A DNA stretch of 64,000 nucleotides from Tepidiformaceae bacterium (lineage in GTDB: Bacteria > Chloroflexota > Dehalococcoidia > Tepidiformales > Tepidiformaceae): positions 2,144,348 through 2,208,347 of the forward strand of contig OZ251525.1 in the NCBI GenBank assembly GCA_965243075.1. The letters are read 5' to 3'. Positions 48,250-58,302 of this stretch are shown here, in pieces. The notes beneath the pieces were generated by a model. It did no database searches and was not told the origin of the DNA. It saw nothing but the letters and a program-made list of their open reading frames with translations. The first letter of the stretch is position 1. Each line of letters starts with the position of its first letter. Position numbers and translations under genes: made by a program.

Positions 48250-48723
48250 ATGGCCTTGAGCAACGCCGAGCGCGCCGCGCGCTTCCACGGCCTCATGGAG
48301 ACCATCCGCGCGCAGGGGCGCACGACGTTCCTTGAAGCGGTCCGCACGGGCGACCCCGCGCCGCTGGCCGAAGCCCTCTTCTTCGCGGGCATCCGCGGCC
48401 CCGACGACATGCGCGCGTTCCGCGAGGCGAGCACCGAGGCCGAGCTGGATGCCGTCGGCGAGGCCACGTTGCGGCGCGGCAGGGACATGTGGTTCGAGGA
48501 TGCCGTCCCGTTCCTCCGCGAGCACGGCGAGGCCGCGTGGGACATGCAGCCGTGGCCCGAGGGCTTCCACGCCATCTGGTCGAGCTGGTGCATGAACGGC
48601 CAGCGCGCGCTCGAGGAGGCGGGCAAGGCCGACGGCATCGACCTCAGCATCCAGAAGGTGGGCGACAATCCCGACGGCTCGGGCGTGTGGACGCTGCCGA
48701 CCTTCGAGCGCACGGATTCGTAG
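48250..48723 (+). CDS. hypothetical protein (157 aa)
   Basis: ORF 48136..48723 trimmed to the SD-preceded ATG 48250. Ordinary composition. Confidence 0.5.
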   Translation: MALSNAERAARFHGLMETIRAQGRTTFLEAVRTGDPAPLAEALFFAGIRGPDDMRAFREASTEAELDAVGEATLRRGRDMWFEDAVPFLREHGEAAWDMQPWPEGFHAIWSSWCMNGQRALEEAGKADGIDLSIQKVGDNPDGSGVWTLPTFERTDS

Positions 48724-48813
48724 CGCCACGCCCGTGGCGGGCAGCAGCGGAAGCCCCCCGCGCCGTGCCGCACCGCCGTATGATGCGGCGCATTCCCGCG
48801 CGGGAGCGACGCC

Positions 48814-49647
48814 ATGACCTACGCCCGACCGGAGCTGCTGGCCGAACCCGACTGGCTCGCCGACCACCTCGACGACCCCGCCGTGCGCGTCATCGACTGC
48901 GCGGCGCTGGAGGCCTACCGTCGCGCCCACATCCCCGGGGCCGTGCGCCAGCCCGCGCACACCTACGTCAAGGAGGCGGGCGCGCGCGAGGGCGGCGCGG
49001 GCACGTTCGTGATGCCGCCGGACGAGTTCGCGGCGCTCATGGGCGGGCTGGGCGTGGACGCCGATACGACGGTGGTGGCCTACGACGACAACAACGGGCT
49101 GGTGGCGGCGCGCCTGTGGTGGGCGCTGGCCTACTACGGGCACGAGCGCGCGAAGGTGCTGAACGGGGGCTGGCACCGCTGGCTCACGGAGGGGCGGCCC
49201 GTCACCTTCCACGCCACGCGGGCGGAGCCGCGCGCGTTCGAGGCGCGCCCCGTGCCCGCGCGCCATGCGAGCGCGGACGACCTGCTGGCGGAGCACGGGT
49301 CGGCGTCGTGCGCGGTGCTGGACGTGCGCAGCGACGGCGAGTGGGACGGCACGAACGCGCGCGGCAACCGGCGCGTGGGGCACGTGCCGGGCGCGCGCCA
49401 CCTGGAGTGGACGCGGCTGGTGGAGCAGGCGGACACGCGCCGCTTCCTGCCCGCGGCGGAGATGCGGGCGCTGCTGGACGAGGCGGGCGTGACGGCGGGG
49501 GCGCGCGTCATCACCTACTGCCAGGGGGGCATCCGCGCGGCGCACACGGCCTTCGCGCTGGCGCTGCTGGGCCACGACGACGTGCGCGTCTACGACGGCT
49601 CCATGTACGAGTGGGCGAACCGCGACGACACGCCGCTGGAGGTCTAG
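48814..49647 (+). CDS. thiosulfate/3-mercaptopyruvate sulfurtransferase (tandem rhodanese)
   Basis: Two rhodanese modules. Active-site loop is ITYCQGGIRAAHT. Confidence 0.85.
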   Translation: MTYARPELLAEPDWLADHLDDPAVRVIDCAALEAYRRAHIPGAVRQPAHTYVKEAGAREGGAGTFVMPPDEFAALMGGLGVDADTTVVAYDDNNGLVAARLWWALAYYGHERAKVLNGGWHRWLTEGRPVTFHATRAEPRAFEARPVPARHASADDLLAEHGSASCAVLDVRSDGEWDGTNARGNRRVGHVPGARHLEWTRLVEQADTRRFLPAAEMRALLDEAGVTAGARVITYCQGGIRAAHTAFALALLGHDDVRVYDGSMYEWANRDDTPLEV

Positions 49648-49826
49648 ACGGAGGCGGCTTCCTCGGGCTCGGGCTCGGCATGGAGCAGGGCCTCGATGGT
49701 GAAGCCGAGGTCGCCCGCCTCGCAGAGGTGGCTGCAGTAGGTCATCTTCAGGGAGGCGCTGGAGGAACGGCGCCAGTCGTAGCGCAGGCCGCAGCGCACG
49801 CAGGTCTTGATGTGCTCGAGGTTCAT
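49644..49826 (-). CDS. small Cys-containing (zinc-ribbon-like) protein, 60 aa
   Basis: The product is MNLEHIKTCVRCGLRYDW...YCSHLCEAG. Weak support: short, with no clear SD. Confidence 0.35.
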   Translation of the reverse strand: MNLEHIKTCVRCGLRYDWRRSSSASLKMTYCSHLCEAGDLGFTIEALLHAEPEPEEAASV

Positions 49827-49940
49827 GCCCGCGCCGCCGGGGCCGATCACGCCGTCCATTCGCCACCATCCTCGCGGACGCGGCATCGCGTCCACCCCAC
49901 CAGCATGGGGCATGGCGGGCGCACGCGCCAGTGGCGGGCG

Positions 49941-51518
49941 TTACGGGATGTTTTCGATCCGGCGGCTGACGGGCGTGCTCGCCCAGCCGCCCAGCACGGC
50001 GGAGAACTTGCCCGCCTCGCTGCCGGCCACCGCCACGTGGATGAATTCGGGCGCGCGGAACTTGGACCAGAGGCGGTCGAGCTGCTCCTCCGAGGGGCCG
50101 TCGGGGCCGAAGGCGGAGGGCTCCATGCCGCCCGCGTCCGCCGTGGCCAGACGCTCGCGCAGGGGCATGGCCGTCACCTCCATGACGTGCGCGCGCACCT
50201 GGTCCTTGCTCCAGCCGTCGCGCCAGATGGTGTCGGCGTGTTCGGGGCAGACGACGAGCAGCACGTGGCCGGTGGGCATGAGCGCGTGGCCCACGGCGGC
50301 CATGCCCAGGCCGAGGCTGCCGGAGAGGGCGCGCGCCGTGCGCGAGGTCTGGTCGACGATCAGCTGCGGGCCGCTGGTGGCGGGGAAGACGGAGACCACG
50401 TCGTCGTCGGGGGCGAACCCCCGCTCCACGTGCAGGGGCGCCCAGGGGCTGCGCTCCTCCCATTCGGCGAAGGCGAGCGTGTACTTCATGGGCGTGCCCA
50501 GCGTGGAGCGCTCGGTGCCGCCCGGGCGGGCGCCGCCCACGTTGCGCATGACCAGCCGCAGGGCGCGCCCGATGGCGGCGTTGGCGCGGTTGCCCTGCCC
50601 CAGCGCCCCCAGCCCCATGTTCATGCCGGCGCGGTGGCGGATGGGGCCGTTCACGACCACCGCCGGGGCCGCCCCCATGGTCGTGGCCCACACGCCGTGG
50701 GCGTTGAACTCCTCCGTGCAGCACGCCTCCACGGCGGCGATGACGACGGGCAGGTGGTCGGGGCGGCAGCCCGCCATGACGGCGTTGATGGCCACTTTCT
50801 CGACCGTGGCGGGGGCGAGGTTGGGGGGAATGACGGCCACCAAATCTTGCGCGTCGCGCGTCGTGCCCGCCAGCATGCGCAGCACGCGCTCGGGCGTGGG
50901 GGGCACGACGGGCAGGCCGTCGGTGAGGCCCTGGTCGTAGAGGAATTCGTGCAGGTCGTCGCCCGCGCCCACCTCGATGCGGCGGGCGCGCAGGGGGCTG
51001 CCCTCGGCCTCGGCGGCGAGCCGCTCGGCGATGCCCGGCTCCACCGAGCGGGAGCCGCAGCCGGGCCGCGATTCGGGCCATGCGTCCCAGTCGCGCGCGG
51101 GGGTCTCGACGCCGCACAGGTCCGCCAGCTCGGCGAAGAGCGCGCGCCAGTCCTCGCGCCCGAAGCCGGCGAAGCGGCGCCGCTCGCGCCCGTCCGCGTC
51201 CGCCAGCACGACCGTGGGCACGGTGTCGAGGTCGTAGGCGAAGGAGACGCGCAGGGCGCTGTCGTCGAGCATGGGCGCGGTGAGGGCGTGGCGCTCGACG
51301 AGCAGGGCGTTGCCCGCGGCCTCCTGCCCGATGGCGAGCACGTCCGCAGCCCCGCCGAAGGCGGCGTGGGCGGCCTCGATCAGCGGCATGGAGAGGTCGC
51401 AGGTGGGGCAGTCCTCCTTGACGAAGGCGAGCAGGGCGGGGCGGTTCGCGGGGAAGGAGCGCTCGCGCCCCTCGCCGTCGGCGAGCGTGAACGGGGGAAG
51501 CTGCGTCATGCGCGCCAT
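49941..51518 (-). CDS. thioredoxin-like (TlpA/redoxin) N-terminal domain fused to an uncharacterised conserved domain
   Basis: LLAFVKEDCPTCDLSMP (CxxC), followed by about 380 aa of ordinary composition. Confidence 0.7.
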   Translation of the reverse strand: MARMTQLPPFTLADGEGRERSFPANRPALLAFVKEDCPTCDLSMPLIEAAHAAFGGAADVLAIGQEAAGNALLVERHALTAPMLDDSALRVSFAYDLDTVPTVVLADADGRERRRFAGFGREDWRALFAELADLCGVETPARDWDAWPESRPGCGSRSVEPGIAERLAAEAEGSPLRARRIEVGAGDDLHEFLYDQGLTDGLPVVPPTPERVLRMLAGTTRDAQDLVAVIPPNLAPATVEKVAINAVMAGCRPDHLPVVIAAVEACCTEEFNAHGVWATTMGAAPAVVVNGPIRHRAGMNMGLGALGQGNRANAAIGRALRLVMRNVGGARPGGTERSTLGTPMKYTLAFAEWEERSPWAPLHVERGFAPDDDVVSVFPATSGPQLIVDQTSRTARALSGSLGLGMAAVGHALMPTGHVLLVVCPEHADTIWRDGWSKDQVRAHVMEVTAMPLRERLATADAGGMEPSAFGPDGPSEEQLDRLWSKFRAPEFIHVAVAGSEAGKFSAVLGGWASTPVSRRIENIP

Positions 51519-51586
51519 TGTAGGGGGTTGCCCCGCCGTCGCGCGGGCGGGATGATGGTCGGGAAATCCAACGGGAGACGCGCCGC

Positions 51587-51847
51587 ATGTCCTCGCCGAC
51601 CCGATACGTCACCGTCGCCGAGCTCAACGACATGGCCGAGGCGATCATGGAAGAGCTGCATCAGTTCAAGGCCGTGATTGAGGCGCGCATGGACAACCTG
51701 GAGGGGCGGTTCGACCGGCTCGAGGCGCGCTTCGATGACGTGGAAACGCGGCTCGCGAACGTCGAGGGCGCGCTCTTCGTCATCGGGCAGGTGCTGCGGA
51801 AGGTGTACCCCGACGAGTTCGGCGAGGTCGAGGGTTCGGGGGCGTAG
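51587..51847 (+). CDS. small coiled-coil protein
   Basis: Heptad-like RMDNLEGRFDRLEARFDDVETRLANVEGAL. Confidence 0.45.
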   Translation: MSSPTRYVTVAELNDMAEAIMEELHQFKAVIEARMDNLEGRFDRLEARFDDVETRLANVEGALFVIGQVLRKVYPDEFGEVEGSGA

Positions 51848-51881
51848 CCCGCGTCCCGCGAGCGCGCACGGGGAGGCGTGA

Positions 51882-52289
51882 ATGATCGGCACGGAGGCGT
51901 TCGACCGGTTCGTGAGCGAGAACCGCTGGGCGGTCATCACCACGCTGCGCGCGAGCGGCCAGCCCAGCAACTCCATCGTGGCCTACGCGCGCGACGGCGA
52001 CGCGCTGGTGGTGAGCACCACCGCGCCCACGCTCAAGGCGCGCACGCTGGAGCGCGACCCGCGCGTCACCGTCACCGTCTTCAACGACGCCGCGCCCTTC
52101 AACTTCGTCACCATCGAGGGGCGCGCGGAGATCGAGCGCGAGAACCTGGAAGCGGCGACGCATCTGGTGTTCGAGAACATCAAGGGCTCCGGTTTCACCG
52201 AGCCGGAGGACCTGCCCGCCTGGCTGGAGGCGCAGCGGCGCGTCATCCTGCGCATCCACGCCGGGCGCGTCTCCGGCGTCATCCGCTAG
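51882..52289 (+). CDS. PPOX-class (probably F420-dependent) oxidoreductase
   Basis: NRWAVITTLRASGQPSNSIVAY...DPRVTVTV pattern. GGGAGG SD. Confidence 0.75.
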   Translation: MIGTEAFDRFVSENRWAVITTLRASGQPSNSIVAYARDGDALVVSTTAPTLKARTLERDPRVTVTVFNDAAPFNFVTIEGRAEIERENLEAATHLVFENIKGSGFTEPEDLPAWLEAQRRVILRIHAGRVSGVIR

Positions 52290-52299
52290 GGGGACGGCC

Positions 52300-52776
52300 A
52301 TGGCGATCACGCTCCAGGCGGGCGACCAGGCCCCGGACTTCGCGCTGCCCGACCAGGACGGCAGGGAGCACCGGCTCAGCGACTACCGCGGTTCGACCGT
52401 GGCGCTCTATTTCTACCCGCGCGACCACACGCCCGGCTGCACGAAGCAGGCCTGCGCCTTCCGCGACCGGCACGAGGCCATCGCGGCGGCGGGCGCGGTC
52501 GTGCTGGGCGTCTCCACCGACGACGCGGCCTCGCACGCCGCCTTCCGCGCCGAACACGGCCTGCCCTTCCCCCTGCTGGTGGACGAGGGCGCGACGGTGG
52601 CGAGCGCCTACGGGGCCTGGGGCGAGAAGACGCTCTACGGGCGCACCAGCATCGGCATGACGCGCTCGACCTTCGTCATCGGCCCCGACGGCGCGCTGCT
52701 CAAGGTGTGGAAGCGGGCGCGCGCGGCGGACAACGCCGAGGCCGTGCTCAAGCTGCTGCGCGAGACGCGCGCCTGA
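52300..52776 (+). CDS. bcp: thioredoxin-dependent thiol peroxidase
   Basis: VALYFYPRDHTPGCTKQAC peroxidatic Cys motif. Confidence 0.9.
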   Translation: MAITLQAGDQAPDFALPDQDGREHRLSDYRGSTVALYFYPRDHTPGCTKQACAFRDRHEAIAAAGAVVLGVSTDDAASHAAFRAEHGLPFPLLVDEGATVASAYGAWGEKTLYGRTSIGMTRSTFVIGPDGALLKVWKRARAADNAEAVLKLLRETRA

Positions 52777-52779
52777 GGC

Positions 52780-54369
52780 ATGGCGGAGCGGCTCGCGGGC
52801 GGCGGGCGCGAGGGCGTCGAGGGGGCGTCCGCCGACGGCCCCGCGCGCGGCGCGTTGCGCGGCCCCGGCACCTGCGTCATCGCCGACCACCCGCTGGCGG
52901 TGGCGGCGGGCGAGCGCATGTTGCGCGAGGGCGGGAGCGCCGCCGACGCCGCCGTGGCCATGGCCGCCGTCCTCACCGTGGTCCAGCCGCACATGAGCCA
53001 CCTGGGCGGCGACGCCTTCGCCATGACGTACGAGGCGGCGGGCGGGGCCGTGCGCGCGCTCAACGCCTCGGGGCCCGCGCCCGCCGCCGCCAGCGCGGAC
53101 GATTACCGCGCCCTCGGCGGCATCCCCGAAACGGGCGCGCGCGCCGTGACCACGCCCGGCTGCGTGGCGGGCTGGGGGGCGCTGCACGAACGGCACGGCC
53201 GCCTGCCCTGGGCGCGCGCGCTGGCGGACGCCGAGCGGCTCGCGCGCGAGGGCTTCCCCGCCTCGCGCGCGCTGGCGCGGGCCGTGGACGCGGGACGCGC
53301 GCGCGTGGCCCCGGCCTCCGCCTTCAAGGCCCTCTTCGGGCACGTGGCCGGGGACGGCGGCCAGACGGTGCGCCAGCCCGTGCTGGCGGACACGCTGCGG
53401 ACGCTGGCGGAAGAGGGCGCGGGCGCGTTCCATGAGGGGCCGCTGGCGGACGAGTGCCTGGCCGCGCTGAACGGGCTGGGCGCGGCCTTCACGCCCGACG
53501 ACTGGCGCGCCCCCGCGGAGTGGGTCGAGCCGCTGGCCGTGGACTTCGCGGGGATGCGCGTGCACACGCAACCGCCGCCCTCGCGCGGGATCGTGCTCAT
53601 GCTCGCGCTGCGGCGGCTGGAACGGACGCGGGCGACGGGCGTCGGGGCGCAGGTCGGGGCGCTGCGCGAGGCCTTCGCCGCCGTGGACGCGGAGGCGGGC
53701 GATCCGCGCGTCACCGGCTTCGACGCCGAGGCCCTGTTGCGCGCGGGCGGCGCGACGGCGCGGGCGACGGCGGGCGGCGCGGGCGACGGCGACACCACCG
53801 CGCTCGCGGCCATCGACGCGGAGGGCAACGCCGTCTCGCTCATCCAGTCCGTGTTCGCGGCCTGGGGCAGCGGCGTGCTCGCGCCCCGCGTCGGCGCGCT
53901 CTTCAACAACCGCATGCGCGGCTTCACGCTCGAACGCGGCCACCGCAACGAGCTGGCCGGGGGCAAGCGCCCCATGCACACGCTCCACGGCTACCTCGTC
54001 ACCACGCCCCCGGACCTGCTGGCGGAGGGCGCAGGCGGGGGCGCGCTGGTGGCGGTCGGGGGGACGCCGGGCGCGCACCGCCAGCCGCAGACGAACACGC
54101 AGGTGCTGGACGCCGTGCTGCGCGCGGGCGCGGACCCGCAGGACGCGCTCGACGCCCCCCGCTGGGCGCTCGACACGGACGGCTCGCTCCACGCCGAGAC
54201 GCGCGCCCCCGACCGGCTGGGCGCGGAGCTGCGCGCGGCGGGGCTCGATCCCGCCCCGCTGGCGGCGTGGGACGGCTGGACGGGGCGCGCCTGTCTGGCC
54301 GTGCGCGCGGGCGGGGGCGTGGCCGCCGCCCACGACGCGCGCGGCGAGGGGCTGGCCATCGTCGGCTGA
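52780..54369 (+). CDS. ggt: gamma-glutamyltransferase
   Basis: GGSAADAAVAMAAVLTVVQPHMSHLGGD and the autoprocessing site GDTTALAAID, with GTPGAHRQPQT later. Confidence 0.85.
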   Translation: MAERLAGGGREGVEGASADGPARGALRGPGTCVIADHPLAVAAGERMLREGGSAADAAVAMAAVLTVVQPHMSHLGGDAFAMTYEAAGGAVRALNASGPAPAAASADDYRALGGIPETGARAVTTPGCVAGWGALHERHGRLPWARALADAERLAREGFPASRALARAVDAGRARVAPASAFKALFGHVAGDGGQTVRQPVLADTLRTLAEEGAGAFHEGPLADECLAALNGLGAAFTPDDWRAPAEWVEPLAVDFAGMRVHTQPPPSRGIVLMLALRRLERTRATGVGAQVGALREAFAAVDAEAGDPRVTGFDAEALLRAGGATARATAGGAGDGDTTALAAIDAEGNAVSLIQSVFAAWGSGVLAPRVGALFNNRMRGFTLERGHRNELAGGKRPMHTLHGYLVTTPPDLLAEGAGGGALVAVGGTPGAHRQPQTNTQVLDAVLRAGADPQDALDAPRWALDTDGSLHAETRAPDRLGAELRAAGLDPAPLAAWDGWTGRACLAVRAGGGVAAAHDARGEGLAIVG

Positions 54370-54412
54370 GCGCACGGCCCCGAAGGCGTAGACTCCGCGC
54401 CGGAGGGAACCC

Positions 54413-55465
54413 ATGGAAACCCGGCTCGAGCAATTCATCCGCCAGCAGCGGCCCGACGCGAGCGCGGTGCGGATCGAGGAGTTCCGGCTGCTCGCGGGCG
54501 GCTATTCGCAGGAGACCTACCGCTGCGACTGCGTCATCGAGAGCGGCGCGGGCACGGAACGGCTGCCCCTCATCGTGCGCCGTGATCCGCCGCCCGAGAG
54601 CGACATCCTGCCCACCAGCCGCCGCCTCGAATTCGGCATCCTGCGGCGCGTGGGCGAGCGCACCTCGATCCCCGTGCCCGCGGCCCACTTCCTCGACGAG
54701 ACGGGCGCGGCGCTGGAACGCCCCGCCATGCTCATCGAGCGGCTGGCCGGAAGCGCCGACCTGACGCCGCTGTTCGCGCCGGGCAACGAGGACGAGGCCG
54801 AGGCGGTGGCCACCGAATTCTGCGAGCGGCTGGCCGAACTGCACGCCGCCCCGCTCGACGCGCTCGACCCCGACGGCGAGCTGCGCGACGCGCGCGGCGC
54901 GGGCATCGACTGCTCCGGCTGGGACGCCTACATGGCCAGCTCCATCGAATTCTTCCTGTCCAGCTACCGGAAGATCGCCTTCGACCCGCTGCCGGTCTTC
55001 TACGACATGTACGCGAGCCTGCCGAACCGCCTGCCCAAGCCCGTGCCGCTGGCCGTCTGCCACGGCGACTACCAGCCCTCGAACTTCCTCTACGAGCGGG
55101 GGCGCATCACGGGCGTGATCGACTGGGAGAACGCGCACGTGGGCGACCCGCGCGAGGACATCGGCTGGGTTCGGCAGCTCTCCACGCTCACGGGCTTCGA
55201 CCTGTTCGGCGCGGTGAAGGCGGACGGCGGCTTCCTCGGGCACTACACGAAGGTGAGCGGCATCCCCGTGACGGAGGAGGACGTGGGCTTCTTCCAGGTG
55301 TTCTCCTCGGCCTCGCTGGCCGCGCCCATCCTCGACGCCGTGCGCCGCGGGCTGGACGGCGAGAGCGACAACTTCCTCAGCACCTACATGCTCCAGCCGC
55401 TGGTGGCGGCGCAGCCCGGCTACACCGCCATCCTCGGCTACCCCGCCGCGCAGGAGGACGCCTGA
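54413..55465 (+). CDS. phosphotransferase (APH/choline-kinase-like) family protein
   Basis: VCHGDYQPSNFL (Brenner motif) and VIDWENAHVGDPREDIGW. Confidence 0.75.
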   Translation: METRLEQFIRQQRPDASAVRIEEFRLLAGGYSQETYRCDCVIESGAGTERLPLIVRRDPPPESDILPTSRRLEFGILRRVGERTSIPVPAAHFLDETGAALERPAMLIERLAGSADLTPLFAPGNEDEAEAVATEFCERLAELHAAPLDALDPDGELRDARGAGIDCSGWDAYMASSIEFFLSSYRKIAFDPLPVFYDMYASLPNRLPKPVPLAVCHGDYQPSNFLYERGRITGVIDWENAHVGDPREDIGWVRQLSTLTGFDLFGAVKADGGFLGHYTKVSGIPVTEEDVGFFQVFSSASLAAPILDAVRRGLDGESDNFLSTYMLQPLVAAQPGYTAILGYPAAQEDA

Positions 55466-55977
55466 TGTTCGCCAACCCCAGTTCGGCGCGCGTGCTGGAA
55501 CTGATCCGCGAGGCGCTCGAACGCGACGTGCTGCCCGAACTGGGCACGGACGCCGCCCGCGTCACCGTCCGCCAGATCCTGCAGATGCTGCTCTCCGTCG
55601 AGCGCCGCCTGCCGGTCGAACAGCAGTGGATGGCGGACGAGTGCGGGCGCATGGCGCGCGTGCTGCGCGAGACGGGCGAGGCCGCGGCCAGCGGCGAGGG
55701 CGAGGCGGCCGCCGCCCTGCGCGCCATCGGCGAACGCGCCGCGCGCGACCCCGAATTCCCGGCGCTGCCCGCCTTCGCCGACATCAACGAGCGCTACCGC
55801 GAGCTGAGCGCGGCGCTGACGGAGGCGCTGGGCCACCTGCACGCGCTCGACGGCGAGGGCTGGGAGGAGGCGCCGGAGCGCATCCGCGCGCTGCGCGCCT
55901 ACCTGCAGCTGCGCATCGACCGCGACATGCGCGGCATCTTCGCCATGGACGCGGGCGGGCTGGTGGGCCGCGGCTGA
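55465..55977 (+). CDS. hypothetical protein coupled to the phosphotransferase gene
   Basis: The ATG overlaps the upstream TGA by 1 nt. Helical composition. Confidence 0.5.
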   Translation: MFANPSSARVLELIREALERDVLPELGTDAARVTVRQILQMLLSVERRLPVEQQWMADECGRMARVLRETGEAAASGEGEAAAALRAIGERAARDPEFPALPAFADINERYRELSAALTEALGHLHALDGEGWEEAPERIRALRAYLQLRIDRDMRGIFAMDAGGLVGRG

Positions 55978-56038
55978 TCCGCGAGCGCCCCCCCGCCGCG
56001 CGTGCGACGATCACGCCATCGCCACCGGAGGCCGCGCC

Positions 56039-56521
56039 ATGCCCGTCACCCGCCGCGTCACCGTCGAGCGCAACCGCCTGCGCTTCGCCGCAGCCCACTT
56101 CGCCACCTTCCTCGGGGAATGCGAGCCCCTCCACGGCCACAACTACGACGTGAGCGTGGACGTGGAGGGCGACCTCACGGAGGACTCGTGGGTGTGGGAC
56201 TTCGGCGACCTGAAGCGCCTCACGAAGGCCATCGCCGACGAGCTCGACCACAAGTTCCTGCTCCAGCGCGAGAGCCGCGTCCTCACCATCGTCGAGGGCG
56301 CGGACGACTGGGAAATCTCCTACGGTGGGCGCCGCTACGTCTTCCCCAAATCGGACGTGGCCGCCCTGCCCATCGACAACTCCACGGCGGAGCGGCTGGC
56401 GGAGTGGTTCGCCGGGCGGCTGCGGGCGGCGCTGGCCGAGGGCGGCGCGGCCACCATCCGCCGCCTCACCGTCGGCATCGAGGAAATGCCCGGCCAGGCC
56501 GGGTGGTATACGGTGGAGTGA
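56039..56521 (+). CDS. queD: 6-carboxytetrahydropterin / 6-pyruvoyl-tetrahydropterin synthase family
   Basis: FAAAHF...CEPLHGHNYDV (Zn His triad) and DFGDLK. Confidence 0.8.
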   Translation: MPVTRRVTVERNRLRFAAAHFATFLGECEPLHGHNYDVSVDVEGDLTEDSWVWDFGDLKRLTKAIADELDHKFLLQRESRVLTIVEGADDWEISYGGRRYVFPKSDVAALPIDNSTAERLAEWFAGRLRAALAEGGAATIRRLTVGIEEMPGQAGWYTVE

Positions 56522-56526
56522 GCGCC

Positions 56527-57072
56527 ATGCCGGTCGACTGGGACAAGACGATCAACGAAATCCTCGCGGGCACGCTCGCCTGCCAGGCGTGCGAGGCCAT
56601 CGGCGAGGAGATGATCGTGGGCCACACGCGCAGCCCCGAGGCCGCCGCCTTCGCCAAACGCTGCGAGGACTGCGAGGACAAGTCCGACTGCGACGCGCGC
56701 AAGCTGGTCGTCGTCTGCGAACCCTGCGCGGGCCGCTTCCGCGTGAACGGCGAGCCCATGACGGAGGCGGGCTGGATGGGCGTGCAGCTGGACGAGTGCC
56801 GCCGCAACCTCGAGGAGTCGCTCGACTACCTCGCCACCTACTGGAAGGAAGAGGACGGCGTCGAGTACGCCGACATGGCGCGGCGGCTGGAGGAGGTGGA
56901 CCCGGAAACGTTCCGCGAGGAGGACGGCTGGCGCGCGCGGCTGGAGGAGGAGTACCTGGCCCTGCACCGCTGGTTCCGCGAGCGCCGCCTGCGCGTCCCC
57001 GACCCGGCCTGGCGCAGCCAGTACGTCGAGGACGTGGTGGCCCTCGGCTACACCTCCCTGCTGGGGGACTAG
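56527..57072 (+). CDS. Cys-rich hypothetical protein
   Basis: Only the last 181 codons of ORF 56002..57072 look real. CQACEA...CEDCEDKSDCD...CEPCAG are present. Confidence 0.5.
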   Translation: MPVDWDKTINEILAGTLACQACEAIGEEMIVGHTRSPEAAAFAKRCEDCEDKSDCDARKLVVVCEPCAGRFRVNGEPMTEAGWMGVQLDECRRNLEESLDYLATYWKEEDGVEYADMARRLEEVDPETFREEDGWRARLEEEYLALHRWFRERRLRVPDPAWRSQYVEDVVALGYTSLLGD

Positions 57073-57108
57073 CGGGGGGGCTGGCGCGCGCGGACGGCGC
57101 GGGCCTGC

Positions 57109-57114
57109 TATACT
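57109..57114 (+). promoter_or_regulatory. putative -10 box TATACT for tRNA-Gly
   Basis: TATACT ends 9 nt before the mature tRNA 5' end. Confidence 0.45.
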
Positions 57115-57123
57115 CCCCCGCGA

Positions 57124-57198
57124 TGCGGAAGTAGCTCAGTGGTAGAGCGCCTCCTTGCCAAGGAGGAGGTCGCGAGTTCGACCCTCGTCTTCCGCTCC
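57124..57198 (+). tRNA. tRNA-Gly (anticodon GCC), CCA encoded
   Basis: Hand-folded cloverleaf: GCGGAAG/CTTCCGC acceptor, GCTC-GAGC D stem, CCTCC-TTGCCAA-GGAGG anticodon arm, GCGAG-TTCGACC-CTCGT T arm. Confidence 0.9.
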
Positions 57199-57218
57199 AG
57201 CCTCCCCCACCGCCGCTG

Positions 57219-58205
57219 CTACGCGCCGTCCTCCGCTGCCAGCTCCTCGAGGTGCGGCTGGATGGCGTCGCGCAGGTCGCCGAGGCGCTGGATGGTCCAC
57301 TCGCGCACCTCGGGCCAGCGCTCGCGGTCGTGGATGCCAACTTCGCGATCCCGGTATCCAGCGAAAATGTACCAGCGCTTGGCATCCTCGCTATTCTCCC
57401 TCCAGTCGAGGGCCTCGCCGAAGCGCGCTTCAATCTCGGAGCGGCGTTCGTGCAATGTGCGGTAGAGACGGCTTCTCTCGCTACCCGTGGTCACGCACTC
57501 CAGTTTGAATCCATATTCGCGGCCCGTAAAACTGGCGGCGAATTCCACATCCGGCCTTGTCGAAGGGAAGATTGCCCACGCAGCCTTTCTGCCAGTCAAC
57601 TTGCCCTGTGGCGTCCAGTCAGGGTGCGCCGCTTCGAACTCGGGCCGAAACGCAGCCCAGAAATCGCGAAGGAGCCGCTGCTCTTTCGTCAGATCAGGCT
57701 TAACGATCCGCCGCACCCAGTCATCAGGACGAACGACGACGTCGAGTTTCGGCGCGGGCAACGAGTCGCCGATGCGCCACACCCTGGCCTCGACGCCAAA
57801 GAACCCCACCGCCTCCGTCGTGTGCGTGTTCAGCCACGTGAGCGCCGTGCGGTGCTCAGCGCGGACGCGCTCCGCGAGGAGCACGGCGTAGGTAGCCTCA
57901 AGCCCTTCTTCCTCATGGGCGGCCTCCAATCCCGATGCGTAGGTGATCGTCTTGCCGAGATGGTCGTGGTCCGTGGACCCCATCATGTTCTCCACCACGA
58001 CCAGCGCGTTCCGGTCGCTGGCGCGGAAGAGGATGTCGGCGCTGAACGGCCCGACGGCAACTTCCGTGCCCTCCAGTTCAAGGTCCATCCCCAGTTCCTT
58101 GCCCAGCAGGTCGGGATTCCTGGCGAGCCACGGCGTGAGGTCGGCGGCCTCGTTGGGCCACACCTCGCGGATGGGGACGCTCGTCAGGGAGCCGATTTCG
58201 GGCAT
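57219..58205 (-). CDS. DUF4268-type protein with N-terminal PD-(D/E)XK/NucS-like nuclease-fold region
   Basis: IREVWPNEAADLTPWLARNPDLLGKELGMDLE...ADILF...VVVENMMGSTDHDHLGKTITYASGL matches that family as I remember it. GGAAGGAAGG SD. ORF trimmed to ATG 58205. Confidence 0.65.
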   Translation of the reverse strand: MPEIGSLTSVPIREVWPNEAADLTPWLARNPDLLGKELGMDLELEGTEVAVGPFSADILFRASDRNALVVVENMMGSTDHDHLGKTITYASGLEAAHEEEGLEATYAVLLAERVRAEHRTALTWLNTHTTEAVGFFGVEARVWRIGDSLPAPKLDVVVRPDDWVRRIVKPDLTKEQRLLRDFWAAFRPEFEAAHPDWTPQGKLTGRKAAWAIFPSTRPDVEFAASFTGREYGFKLECVTTGSERSRLYRTLHERRSEIEARFGEALDWRENSEDAKRWYIFAGYRDREVGIHDRERWPEVREWTIQRLGDLRDAIQPHLEELAAEDGA

Positions 58206-58302
58206 CGCGACCTTCCTTCCACGGCGGTGCCGCCGGGGCGCGTCATGGTAGCACGCGGGCCGAAGCGCCCGTGCCGTATCATGGCGTGAACGGAGGCCGC
58301 CG

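Noticed and set aside
48220-51648. 1142-aa minus-strand ORF and 1062-aa plus-strand ORF 48489..51677
   Set aside because: They overlap the rhodanese gene and the thioredoxin-fusion gene, which have real motifs. Their composition is Arg/Ala/Gly/Pro-rich.
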